A stretch of DNA of 64,000 bases from Tubulanus polymorphus (lineage: Eukaryota; Animalia; Nemertea), in the NCBI RefSeq assembly GCF_964204645.1, contig NC_134026.1, forward strand, positions 19,254,150 through 19,318,149, given 5' to 3'. Both the position numbers and the translations under genes were made by a program. Shown here in pieces: positions 15,101 to 26,432 of this stretch (position 1 is its first letter; each line of letters begins with the position of its first letter). The notes below the pieces were generated by a model. That model was not told where the DNA came from, ran no database searches, and saw nothing but the letters and a program-made list of their open reading frames with translations.

Positions 15101-18100
15101 TATAAAATAAAGGGCGTAATGTTGTTGAAAAACGTCTGACTAGATAGTCAGATTTTTTTCAACAACATTGCGTCCTTTAAAAATCTGCCCCTAAAAACAG
15201 TATTATTCACACTACAGATTTTCATCTTGAAATAGGGAATTGATTTGATCAATTTGATGTCCCTTGTAAACCCACCACACCTGCCGGGAACTAAAAGGGG
15301 GGTTACACTTGAGGTTTTAACACAGGAGGGTGATCAGCTCGGGTAGATGTTTGCAAGGTTTTCAATTTCAGAAACTGGAATTGCTATTTATTGCTACCAA
15401 ATGGTAGAAAATTTACAATTTACGATGGGGAATAAAATCTTAGTAAAAAATGTTGAAAACTTGAATATACTGAAAAAAAATTAAATGCATTTTCACACAT
15501 GACGATACATCTTTTACGCGCATAAGAAAGTTTATTCCCGTATCGTATTTTTTTCCCTAAAACGAGATTAAATATTCCGGCTAACGATTCGATAGATCGT
15601 GCATATTCGCGTCGAATTTAAGTTAAAGCGGTGATTTTTTATGAATATTTTATGATCAATTACGCACCATCGCTGCCGTTCGACCCGAAGAACGCACTCG
15701 CATATTCTAGAGCGCCGTCATCGCCGACGCTGCTGCCGGCAAATCCCGATCACCATGGCGAGAGTCGTGTAAACAGACGAACGACCGTGTCTAATCGTGT
15801 TATGTACGTCATAATGAAACCCTAATTAGCGCCGCGCTGATCCGCGCCCTATTAAGTGCGCCGCGTGCTGACAAAACAAACGATCGAATCAAGTTTCGGA
15901 AAATCCGTCAGTCGAAATCGCCTACGATTCTTATCTCGGAAAAAGTATTACGGCGACGAGAAGATTATTATTAACTTTCTAAATAACTTATTTCTGGAAG
16001 AAAGAAAATCTATCCGCCGATTTCGTCGTAGGCCTATATGTTAATCTACTTAGCAAGTAGCTCGCAAGTGGCAGCGCTTAAATAAACCATATTTCAGTCA
16101 TAAATATAGGAAATTAATTGATGATTAATCAATGATTAATATTCAAATTTCGTCAGTTCGTTCCTATCTATCACGTATCTCGAGCAGTCGCGCCTCCAAT
16201 TAAGACGGTTATGACTGATATCAAGGCGGGCTTAGGTCAGCCGTTCTTTACAAGCCGATTTTCTACGACTGCAGGTGACGCAAAGACCTGTCAACATAAG
16301 CCCTCTCCCCAAACTATCGTCTGGTATTTTAACAAGCTTGTATCGGCCTAATACTCGATTCCAATTATACATTTCAATTGCCCGTTGAGTACGGCCAAGA
16401 ACACACCTAAGTAACATGTTCCCATAAATACAAAACTGAGCATGTGTACCCAGTGTTTCAAAATGGAGACACATTGAACAAGAACATAAGCTGTACTGAG
16501 GCAGTGAATATTTTGATGATTCAACCGAAAGCATTTTGTTTATGAATAGGAGGAAACTTTAATCTCTATGATGAATTAAAAAATGTACGAAAAAATTGAA
16601 ATGTCGGATGAGTTTTAAGTAGTTCGACTTCACATTTATTTCATTGGCACTCGAGCGAAGATTTTCGGAAGCGATTTCAAATATGAATAGTGTGTATAGT
16701 GTGATACTTCCAAATGATTTTCTGAATCTGTTTCCCCATAGGCCTGACGTCGCCAGTCCTTCCAAGATTCGAAGTCGAGAATACTCAAACAATAACTTGT
16801 AGGCCTATTTTCTATTATTGTTCTCTTCCATTTTTAAAATGCCTACTATCAAACAAACAATTTCTTTTTTTAGATCTTTTATTATTTTCCCTTTGGCCTC
16901 GCATTTATTTTCTTTAAAAAAAAGAGAGTTGTTGTCTTGACAGATCCAAGAAGTAAGCTGGTCTAGTAAATATTTCGACTTTCAGCTGATATATCTTCAT
17001 AGGAATTTAAGCTTGAACACATGAAACAAGTTTTAATGTTGTAGTGATCAAGATGGAGAACATAATTCAGGAGTGAAACACAATTTTTGGGAAAATGTGC
17101 ATAAAAAATAAGCACCATTTCCCTGTTTTACAGATATTTCCCAAATTTTATCGATTCCCAGTGTTTTCCCCGGGAGAGGAAATCAGTTTCCTGGGTTTCC
17201 CGGAATCGTGGTTACCCTGTCCTATCGTCTAACTGGTGGTAAGTAATATGTCAAACGAAAAGAGCCATCACCATCTATGAGATAGCACTCGAATTGAAAA
17301 TCAATTAGTAAACAGCAATAAATGGGGCGTATTGAACAGTGAAATGGAGCCATTATACGATGGAATTTCCCTCGAGTTCAGGACACATCCATAACAATTT
17401 TATGATCACATACAAACAACTTTTTACTAGTTGTACATTTCAAAGCCCATGAAATATTAATAACACATAGGCCCTTAAACAAAAATAGAAAAAAGGTCAT
17501 AAACATAGCTGTACAGTGAACACATTAAAAATCCATTTCATAATGATATAGCAGGGGTGGATCCAGCGACCACTGTCGAGTGTAGCACAACTTTAAAAAA
17601 GGGCATTTTGAGATAAAAAGGGCATTCTGAAATTTTGCTGCAATTTCCATGCAATGAAAGTCCTGACACGAAGTGCTTTCTAGTGAATTAACTGCATTGA
17701 GATATAGTTTCCAGGCAATAAAGACAAAATCTTGAAGAATTAGGCTTATGTGCTTTTTGTTTAGATCATCTACCTCGTCTTGTAAAAATATGCCCTTTTC
17801 TACTTGGGGCATGAAGAAAAAAAAAATGAAAAAAGGCACGAGATTTTTGCGACGGGCCACCTGAATCAACGGCTGTATAGCTAGAATTATATGAAATAGT
17901 ACTTTAATAATTCTATATATATATAAGTGTTAATTCATGCAGTTGTCAAAACATGTAGTTGTCGTTACTGGTGAACAAGAAAAAATGAATTTTATTGACG
18001 CCTTGCTAAAAATAGGCCAGGCCTAACACATATATTGCTTAATATTGTCGACAATAAGCAGTAATATAAATCATTTATTATCAAGGATCAATAAAGTTAT

Positions 18101-21100
18101 TTAGGATTTGAATGTATCAATGATTTATTTAGTCGAATTGACCGCCAACCAGTCTAGCGCTAACGATATGTTTATGGTGTATTGCACATCCTCTCAAAAA
18201 TAATTATCAAAATGTATCAAAAATGAAATAAGAGTTACAAAATATGATTTAACCGCAAAGTAGACACCGAAATTGTAATTGTAAACACCAATATTGATGA
18301 TATAGTGCACATCAACTCAAACAGAACCCCTTATATAACGCATACTAGGTATCGATATATATGAACATCATTGAAATGGTTTTTACGGCATCAAAAAATA
18401 CGCACTAGAATCTTTGATTATTCATAATTTGTCTGTCACCAATCGCTCGGTCATCCGTCTGTTACAGTTTGCCAATAAACAGTTGTCTAAACTTGCTTAT
18501 CTCCTAAGATATAAATATTCACACAATGAAATTGTAAAAAGTCTATACATATTCAATAAATTGCTGAATGTTTGACTAGGTCCGACGGTGAAATGAGTGA
18601 TAATGAAGGCCTTTCAAGATGGAAATGAAATAACCTTTTCAGTGCTGACTAATTAATGCCGGAAAGTACTAGGGATAATTTGAAAATTGAAAAAATTCCA
18701 CCCCAGTGCATATTGAATAACAGGTATTCCGCATAAGTGCGTCTACACCGTGGTGCGATGTATCACAAGTTACTGACATTTCACTGTTTGACAGGTGCTG
18801 CCATCTTTCAATAGATAAAAACCAATCATTGATACCCTCGAAACACCGCGATGCACTGTACTAGCAAAGTTTATCACCCTTTTATACACCGCACTGCCAT
18901 GTAGATGCACTGAAAAGGTTAACAGAATTCAATTTGAATATTGCAGCATTTCCAGTAGGTCTTCCATCAGGTGCAACTTCTAAAACCGACGAGAAAAAAA
19001 TATCCATGCTACAGATTGAGTAGAGGCATGTACAGATAATAGAACCTATGGGGGCATAAAAAATTCGATCTATGTTATGATAAAGTAAAACCCATCGTAG
19101 ACAGATTTAAGATTAGATGTATACTGCAGAGCAATGATAACAGGTTTTCTGTATCGACACCATATAGATTCGATTTGAAGGAAATTGAATGAATTTTCTG
19201 GCGAAAACTTCCAAAGAAACAGGATGTTTCAGACTTTCATCATGTGTGATTTCAAGTTACATTCGCTTTTCTGTATTGAATTTATAGGGCTATATAGAAT
19301 TAATTATACCATCTATTCATAAAAATACTTCGACCAAAAACCAGAGCAGTTTCCACTGGTTCAAGTAAACATCTATTCAGGTATTGGAAGTGGAAGTATT
19401 CAGGGCGATGACGGTGAAGCGATGCTTATCAGAACGGATATCGAACATTGGTTTTTATGGGTTTTTTTTTTCAAAAACTACTTCACGTGATGGATATACT
19501 AGAATACTGTGTAAAATGGATATAAAAACGATTGTTTTTCAGTTTCTCACTGCGGTCGTGTTAACACCATTCTGAGGTATGTGTTAGAATATTCATCAGA
19601 CTTCATTTATTATTGGTTTTTATTGAGCGATAACTCTAACTAATGAAAATGCACTATATGAAAGGTAAATCCGATCTCCATACCGCTGGTACCTTACCAC
19701 TACTCCTTAAAACCACAGTAAATATCCCCTGCCCACTGGCTATTTCTTAAAAACTTTTTGGCATTGAAAATTTCATTTGTTAAAAGTGAACTAGCAGGTA
19801 AACTTGAAAAACAAATCAATTCTAAAACTTTCCCACACCCATCTCAACCAAGGGCAGATTTTCAGACCTAACACAAACAACTATGTCGAATGGAACACTA
19901 ATCTGCGTCGAATGTAGATGAAAGTCCGAAAAAAGAATTCTATATGAAAATATTCATTAAAACGTTGTGGTTTGGTTTTGATAAATTTTATCACATAAAA
20001 TTCTATAGTCAAAATTTTCATCTACCGTATTTAACACGAACAGGTCCTGAATGACAATAAAGCTGCAATCACGTGGGGCCAAATTGGCACGAATAAGGGC
20101 CTGTTAAAGCCTAATTAGAGAGCGTGTTCACATGCAAACCACTCACTCAATACTAAACAATGCTGAAACAAAGCGAAGTGAGCCACTTCCAGAACCTGTA
20201 GCAATTCACACAGAATGATTTAAGTCAAGCAATAAGTTTGACTCCGGCCTGGTCCAACATTTTTGGTCAGGCCTAAAGGCTGGCTTATGTCGACAAGCAA
20301 CGCGACGCCTACCGACGCAACTGACAGCGACCGCGATCGCAGCCCAGCTTATGTCGACTGCGCTCCGATTCGCAGCAACTGAGGCCGACTATCGGGATAC
20401 GAGATCCTCCCAGTTGCTTCCCTGCTTATGTCAGTTACGATTACTAGCAACTGCAACGGCTCAAATGGTCACGTGATAAGCACTTTGAGAATAAATTTGA
20501 ATTATTAGGAAATATATTTCTATTAGAAAAGCTATTTCTTTATGACTTTGATCTTTCTGATTCTGTTTTGAATACAATGTGCTAGCGACATTTATAAAGA
20601 TGGCCGCTCACACCATAATTCTACCAATTTCGTTTCTAGATCTTCGGTCCAGTCCTCTGCCGTGCTGAAGGTTTGGTTTACGTTTTGAAGTACTTGAATT
20701 TGAAAGTTTATGACTAATTAAGAATGACGCTAACTAGCGGTGATAATTTGTACTATGTATATGCAGTTTCTCATTGGCTGGAACCCCTGCGCTCAGTTCC
20801 GTTGCGTCGCAGATGAGCTTATGTCGGCTGCAATCGAAAGCAACTGCCCGCCTACCTTAGGCCAGAGTAGAACATGGGCAACTAGCCGGATACGGCTTGC
20901 GACGAGTTGCCGTCGCAAGCCGGCTTATGTCGAACCGATTGAGGAGCAACTGGCGGCCTCTCGTAGGCCGCTAGTTGCCGCTAATCGGCGATAAACCCAG
21001 TTGCGTCAGTAGGCGTCGCGTTGCTTGTCGACATTACAGCCAGCCTTCACAGGCACAGGCCCATTTGGAACCCGTGTGAACAGATATCCCGGGCCAAGGC

Positions 21101-22211
21101 CAAAAAACGTTTCTGGGATGGCAGCTTTTGTGGCAAAGTTTTAACACAAAGTGAACCACGATTAAAACCTTACGTTTTAAAACTTTTTATCCACAGTTAA
21201 CATAGATATCAAACTTGTTATATATATATCTCAAAATTTCCCCAGAATTGAAGCACCAACATTGCATGTGGCACCCCAAGCCCATTGTGCCATTTTTATG
21301 CAAGCCATCTGAACCCGGTTCAACAGTTCTGAGTTAAGATTTGACTCAGAATTAACTCATTGAAAATGAACTAATTCTAACTCGAAATTAACTCCGACTC
21401 ACAACTGTGGAACCTGGTCAAGGTGGGATAGCTCAGCACGGGTTCTCATTGAATCTATACCGATAAAAGAGCAATGAACAAAACTTACCCTCACACCATC
21501 GATTGTATAAAGTCTTTTAGCCGGCATTTTGAACAGATAACTCATGTCGTCCAGTATCATTTCAAACGACTGCGCCGTCCGACGATTCAGTAGAATAATA
21601 TGCTTATCCAACGGCTCTCCGTTTCGAATGACCGTAATTTTCTTCGGCGAGTGATTAGTTCGAATAGTCGGCGTCGTATCCGACTGTCCGTCATTGTTGC
21701 TGTTGTATTTTTGGTTGCTATGCTCGGCGACGCGACGCCGCGCCGGACGCGAGCGCACGACCGGACTATTTTCCGGGTTGTCCGGATCCCAGTGTAACAA
21801 GTTATTAAGCGCGCGTTGACCGCTCGCCGGTTTCGCCTGACGCCAAGGCGGACTCGGTTTGACGCGTTTCACGTCGAGGCCTTTGGCACGGTTTTTGTAC
21901 GTCGAACAAACGTACTTGCCCTCGTTTTCGAAGCCGTCCAGCGACGCAACGTTGTCGTGGCCTTTCGGCGTAAATACGCTGCGTACACCGAACGCTAATC
22001 CGGGTATTTTTTTCGTCAGATCGGCCAATAACGTGTCCAGACTGCGATACTTGCGCGAGTTGATCGGCACTCGCAACGCCGCGAATCTGCTGTCGCCGTC
22101 TTTGTAGAAGTAAACGGTTTTCGCGTTCTGATTGGAAAGTTTCTGACGATAATTCGTGCTGCCAGAGCCGCCGCTGTAGTCGGACTCCGGGTTTTGCGGG
22201 CTGCGTTGCAT
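157..22211 (-). CDS. RP1: RP1-like doublecortin (2x DCX) + PLAT/LH2 domain ciliary protein, 3'-truncated by the window edge
   Basis: Coding exons with GT-AG boundaries and matching phases: 22211-21489, 14898-14709, 13587-13424, 5248-5162, 4648-4516, 3508-3351, 2885-2722, 2203-2113, 1458-1329, 893-790, 330-157 (2118 nt, 706 codons, no stop yet). DCX1: AKTVYFYKDGDSRF...SLDTLLADLTKKIPGLAFGVRSVFTPKG. DCX2: PKKITVIRNG...RLYTIDGVR|VRSLSAIF, which resembles vertebrate RP1 including the intron position. PLAT1: WKLWVTT...AGTTAHISITIYG...PGWFCDEV...CRKWLSKDEGDG. PLAT2: YQVSVITGD...AGTDANVYMTIYGERGDSG...GWFLDKV...CGRWLDEGEDDGKLVREL. A 5'UTR acceptor precedes 22257. Confidence 0.88.
1631..1855. mobile_element. 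Penelope-like retroelement terminal (pLTR) remnant, two copies in inverted arrangement
   Basis: Flanked by the 14-bp direct repeat TAACTCAATTATGA (1617-1630 and 1856-1869). Inverted arms at 1684-1732 and 1788-1836, plus an inner pair at 1747-1758 and 1769-1780. Each arm reads CTGAAG...GCGAAAGCTCATG..TCAAATAAATAGTTAACCTATA, resembling Penelope-like element 3' ends. Confidence 0.7.
2960..3166. mobile_element. Degenerate Harbinger-type MITE, family A
   Basis: Degenerate TIRs (gccatgatca...gatcgtggc) and internal GGCCAAATTT motifs, colinear with 23355-23694. Confidence 0.6.
4208..4298. mobile_element. Short internally deleted Harbinger-type MITE, family A
   Basis: Ends gccgcaattacat...gtgtgattgtggc followed by TAA, matching the family A TIR. 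Confidence 0.55.
6259..6460. mobile_element. Partial Harbinger-type MITE, family A (one end)
   Basis: Close match to 23489-23694 (gccaaattttagcac...acaaatgattgcgtttgaattgcaactgg...ctctctaattaggc...tgtgatc). Confidence 0.8.
7219..7631. mobile_element. Harbinger-type MITE, family A (reverse orientation), with a nested insertion
   Basis: TIRs gtcgcgatcaca / tgtgatcgtggc followed by TAA. The body is the reverse complement of 23355-23694 and is interrupted at 7359-7529. Confidence 0.75.
7359..7529. mobile_element. Nested hAT-like MITE with 6-bp TSD
   Basis: Perfect 12-bp TIR CAGAGATGTAAG / CTTACATCTCTG, flanked on both sides by AACCCA. Confidence 0.75.
8886..9218. mobile_element. hAT-like MITE with 6-bp TSD
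   Basis: TIR CATGGTTCCCACAGTA / TACTGTGGGAAGCATG, flanked by TATAGT on both sides. Another end of this family lies near 60835-60851. Confidence 0.75.
11333..11720. mobile_element. piggyBac-type MITE (family C) carrying a nested palindromic MITE
   Basis: TTAA|CCCTTT...AAAGGG|TTAA. Homologous to 18634-18918 and 40690-40977, with an extra segment at 11368-11479. Confidence 0.85.
11368..11479. mobile_element. Palindromic MITE, family D (nested copy)
   Basis: Hairpin tatagactggtattacctttaacccggggg...ccctgggtttaaagtaataccagtcta, absent from the other family C copies. Confidence 0.85.
12376..12484. mobile_element. Palindromic MITE, family D
   Basis: Near-perfect 109-bp hairpin flanked by CAG...CAG (CWG-type TSD). 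Confidence 0.85.
13721..13822. repeat. Inverted repeat / small hairpin MITE
   Basis: aatagtaaaatcccacaataaatgaagaaat pairs with atttcttcatttattgtgagattttactatt. Confidence 0.7.
15118..15169. repeat. Short palindrome
   Basis: aatgttgttgaaaaa..tctgacta / tagtcaga..tttttcaacaacatt. Confidence 0.6.
17552..17875. mobile_element. hAT-like MITE (CAGGGG-GGATCC family), possible 5-bp TSD
   Basis: Imperfect TIR caggggtggatccag / ctgaatcaacggctg, with TATAG on both flanks. Related ends at 30465, about 34835 and about 47803. Confidence 0.5.
18634..18918. mobile_element. piggyBac-type MITE, family C
   Basis: ccttttcagtgc...gcactgaaaagg followed by TTAA, colinear with 11333-11720 minus the nested insert. 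Confidence 0.85.
20062..21105. mobile_element. Harbinger-type MITE, family A, split by a 770-bp nested element
   Basis: 20062-20276 and 21047-21105 are consecutive parts of the reverse complement of 23355-23694. Confidence 0.7.
20277..21046. mobile_element. Non-autonomous DNA transposon (Harbinger-like) with about 47-bp TIRs
   Basis: TIR aggctggcttatgtcgacaagcaacgcgacgcctaccgacgcaactg and its complement at 20998-21046. Internal GCTTATGTC motifs recur. Flanks are TAA / TCA. Confidence 0.85.
21311..21419. repeat. Degenerate palindromic MITE (cagttc.acagttctgagtt family)
   Basis: ccggttcaacagttctgagtt...gactcacaactgtggaacctgg. Related pieces at about 28143 and 59641-59730. Confidence 0.5.
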
Positions 22212-23354
22212 TTTTGAAATTCTCAGCAGGTCACTATATTCATCATCATTAGAAGACCTATCAACATAAAAGAAATAATTATTAAATAAGAATTTAAGAA
22301 TCTACTAAATCAATTTCAATTCAGAGTTATAATCGAACTATCCAGTATATCCGGGAGATTATGCAGTTAGCTTGAGAATAAATATGTTCAAAGTGATTGT
22401 ATTCAATATCAATAATGTATTCAAATACGGTACCTTACTACAGAACGGAGTTTGATTTCAAATTTGTAGTTTCCGGGTAGATATATTTTCAGCCGCTTAA
22501 TATGAATCTGTTGTCAACATTACTGTAACTAAACTACTGGTGACCATACACTAACCAAAGGCTGGTAATTACCTAAAAATCGAAATGAAAAAGTTAATAT
22601 TTACATTTTCGTTAGGTTCCGATACGAGTAAAAAACTCCTTGCGTCTAGTAGCCAGAGCGCAACAAAATACAAATAGTAACCAATGGAGTGGTATATAAT
22701 GTCTGAGAGACCCGTTTCAAAGAACAATTAAACAGGTAGGCTACTGACTATAGGTACTTAAGTAGCTGCAAATCTTGTTAAATATTCTAAACCACTTATA
22801 CGTTGTTTGATTGTAGCCTACTCCGGTGCACATTCGTGACGAAATATTAATCATTCGATTTTACGCATAATTTCGCAAAACAATTCAACAATCAGCAGCA
22901 GAGTAAATAACGAGGAACTGAAAGCTTAGATTCATGGGCAATTCGACAATGGAGGTAACAAGTACGCGCTAGTAGCTGTTATCACGATAGCAAATGAAAT
23001 ATTTATTGCCAATTCTTAAAAATCAAATGATTCAAACCACTTATTCGTTGATGATTTCCAGTTTCAGTTATTGTTGAATCATGCATCGGTGAAAGAAAAG
23101 TTATACCAATTATATCCAGTCGTATTAATAATTCAGAATTATCGCTCGAAGTTTATCCAATTGACTAATTGCAATTAAAAATCAAATTCTACGGAGGTTG
23201 AACACTTTTGTTTCACCATATTCAGGGTGTGTTTCGAAAAGCCAAACCCAAGACCCCTTCTTATCAGTGGCAGTCATCTCCTTATTGACTCTTCCAACTA
23301 TTTTATTGAATTCAATTCTTCTATTACCAGTGTTCGTCATAGCTGGAATCATAA

Positions 23355-23694
23355 GCCGCGATCACACGAGCATTTTTGGCCAGTGCCAAATTTGGCCCGG
23401 AACAACTGTTCACACGGGTGCCAAATGGGCCCGAGCCTGTTTGGCCCAGGCCGAATTTGGCCCGACCAAAAACGTTGGAGCAGGCCCAAGCCAAATTTTA
23501 GCACCAGACAAATGATTGCGTTTGAATTGCAACTGGCACCAGAAATGATCCACTTCGCTTTGTTCGAGCATTGTTTAGTATAGAGTGAATGGTTTGCATG
23601 TGAACCCGCTCTCTAATTAGGCACGGGCCAAATTTGGCCCGAGCCTGATCCGTGCCAATTTGGCGTGGGCCAATCGTCTCTGTGTGATCGCGGC
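23355..23694. mobile_element. Full-length PIF/Harbinger (Tourist-like) MITE, family A reference copy
   Basis: TAA|GCCGCGATCACAC...GTGTGATCGCGGC|TAA, 340 bp, with repeated GGCCAAATTTGGC internal motifs. Confidence 0.9.
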
Positions 23695-24214
23695 TAAAGA
23701 GGGGTGACGTTCATTGTTAAGTGTATGATATTGTGGCTACTGAAGTAGCAAGGGTTTCGATCCCCAAAAAAATACAGAAAATCTAAAATAAATTTTGGTT
23801 TAATCTCATATTTTTCACATAAGCTGGATACATTTGAAACCAATTATCAGTTTTGATAGAACATTGACATCGACTCTGGTAGGGGCAGCAGATATTTCAT
23901 AATGATTTTCGGGGGCGTGTTGGTAAAAATGAAAAAGGCGGCCGCTCTGTAAAACCTGTTGCGGAGAACACTGATAGCCCAGATTCCCCACTAAGTATCC
24001 GGTCAAGCCTGTGAGTCCCAATGCTACAGAGTAAGGTGGAGTTTACAGTAGTTAGTTATTCAAATTTTTCTCAATAACATTGGATAATTTGGAACTATCA
24101 AATTTGCTAGTTTTTCAACTATAAATAAAAGAAATATAAGTTTTGAATAATAGTTTTAACATCTAGATGTCACATTCTCAGAAATTAAGTGCGGCTCAGA
24201 ACACAAGTCATTAA

Positions 24215-24957
24215 AGCGGCGTTCACACAATCACTAGTTAGACTGCTCCAAATGGGTCTGTACATGAAACGGGCCTAATTTGGAACGGACCAAATCAGAG
24301 TGCACGTTCGCACACGGCTTGCGGAATTGGCTACAGATAAGCCGCTTTCACACGACAACTAGTTAGACCGGTCTAAATGGGTCCGTACCTAGTCTAGTCC
24401 AAATTTAGACCGGAAATTTTGGTGAGCATTCAAACGGCTTGTCACCGGCCCACCGGATGTCACCATCCTGCTAAATAATTAACTGGGCCTGGATGAAGTC
24501 TTCCTTCCAGATACCAAGTGGAGCAAGACATTCTTCATTTGACCAATTCGATCCTCTGTCAAGTTTAGACATTTTTCGATTTTATTCTATCATCCTGAAA
24601 CTAACTGTCGTTTTAACACGATTCAAAACATGGAAGTAAAATGGATGATAATCGCGACATACGAAAATGAGCATTTCTTACGCTCCAAACATTTCCATGG
24701 TATAGGGAGGAAAATACAGCACTTAGAAATAAGCACATAAACGGTAATAAAAGCATTTTACATTTGCCCACACACATAGATTCAGACCAGTCCAAATTTG
24801 GACCGGACCTGGTTCGTTCTTTTAGACGGGTAAAATAACCGTTCCAAATTAGACAGGTCTAGTTCACGGTATTTTTGCCCGTGTGAACGCTTGGTCCGGT
24901 CTAAATTCGACCGGACCAAATTAAAACCGGTCTAAATTTCATTGTGTAAACGCACCT
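24215..24957 (-). mobile_element. Non-autonomous Harbinger element, family B, copy 1
   Basis: TIR agcggcgttcacac / gtgtaaacgcacct and many TTAGACCGGTCTAA-type subterminal palindromes. Reverse-complement homolog of 33215-33948. Carries a Myb-like micro-ORF at 24572-24471. Confidence 0.88.
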
Positions 24958-25465
24958 ATAGTTATCACTGGCCCCGCAACATGTCACCACGAAATTTATG
25001 TCTAGATGATAGATTCATGAGTCCCTCAGTCATTTAATATTTTCACAAAAATATTCATGAATTTCTGTCAGCACTGACGACAACACCGTGTTATACATTA
25101 CACACATCAAACCGGTACCCACGTAAAGAGCGAAGGTGTAACTAAATCGAATATATGGATCTTATCGAAAATCAATGGCAAACTATATCTAAAATTAAAT
25201 CGCGAATGAAAAAAAATCTGGCAACGCCTGCGGCAATGCGGTGTCGTCGTTTTAACTAAGTGGAACAGCTCTCACCTAAAAGCATAATCCGTTTGTTAAT
25301 AATATCCTCCGATAATTGCCTAAAAGTAATCCACAAATATATATGTATCTATATACGGCGGTGAAAACGACGTGACAACCGCGAGCATCAATTGTTGCCG
25401 CCCGTTCTGAACAACATCACACGAAGCGACGACTTGCAACCGATCTCAAATTTACACGGCGTTGT

Positions 25466-25480
25466 GTTGCTAGGGGTGAC
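25466..25480 (-). promoter_or_regulatory. RFX X-box candidate upstream of the RP1-like gene
   Basis: The minus strand reads GTCACC-CCT-AGCAAC, fitting GTNRCC(N0-3)RGYAAC. It lies in a CpG-rich patch 3.2 kb upstream of the ATG of a ciliary gene. Confidence 0.5.
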
Positions 25481-26325
25481 TAAATCACCAATTACGTGAG
25501 ACAGTTTTGAATTTTTCGATATTATATAGGAGCGTTTACCAATATTTAAAGTACCCACGAGTAGTTACATATTATCTATGTTTTTCGCCAATGGTTGTCA
25601 CATTTAAGTATCGGTAGCTCTCGTCGTACACTTTAACGGGAATAGTTTCTCTGAGAATACAAATACACAGGTACCGTGGTAGTATCATATTCTATCCAGC
25701 TTATAGTTGATGAGCTAGCCTGATTTCAATTACCTTATTTAGTACGAAAGGTTTGAAAATCTTAGTCAGGTCTATCCGCCACAGTATTAAAGGAAATGTA
25801 TTTCTTTTGTGTATTCTTGCCTAAGGCGTTCAGGACTAGGGGTTTTAAAAAGACCCCAAAAAACTTTTACACACTTTTGAACGCAAGTCTTAAGTTCACA
25901 TCAAAGAAAATGTATTGCATTTCTTGTGTGGCATTTGGGTACCACGAGGTCTTGAAAAACATATTCATATGAAAAAGAAAGCTCTCTCTAGAAAACTTTA
26001 TAAGTTGATAACCAAAATCTATTATTTCAGAATCTAAGATGGCCACCAGTCAGCCATCTAGGATGACATCATTATCTAGTCTGGTCATCAATGATACACC
26101 ATTCTATTTTACGTTCTCATGTGAAAAATAAAAGCTTTATATGGAATTACAGATGAGTTGATAGCCAAAATGGGCATTTTCAGATTCCAATTGGGATTCT
26201 ATGGTCATATACTCAATATATCTGAATTTGAAGACGATCAAGCTAAAATTGTGGTCTGTAGAGTGTTCACAAGAAACCTGACATACAGACACACGCACAC
26301 ATGCCAGACCATCACTAAAACCATG

Positions 26326-26432
26326 GGCCCGATTTTAGATTGGTATTATCCTTAACCCAGGGGTTAACTCTTGTGAAAATGAATTGAGTTAGCCCCTGGG
26401 TGAATGTTAATACTAGTCTATAAAACCGAGCC
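26326..26432. mobile_element. Palindromic MITE, family D
   Basis: Diverged copy of 12376-12484 (...gagttagcccctggg...gtctataaaaccgagcccag). Confidence 0.8.

Noticed and set aside
16232-16534. 100-aa intronic ORF on the minus strand
   Set aside because: No recognisable motif and no compatible splice sites.
23198-23583. 105-aa and 118-aa plus-strand ORFs
   Set aside because: They run through a non-coding family A MITE and show no domain-like sequence.
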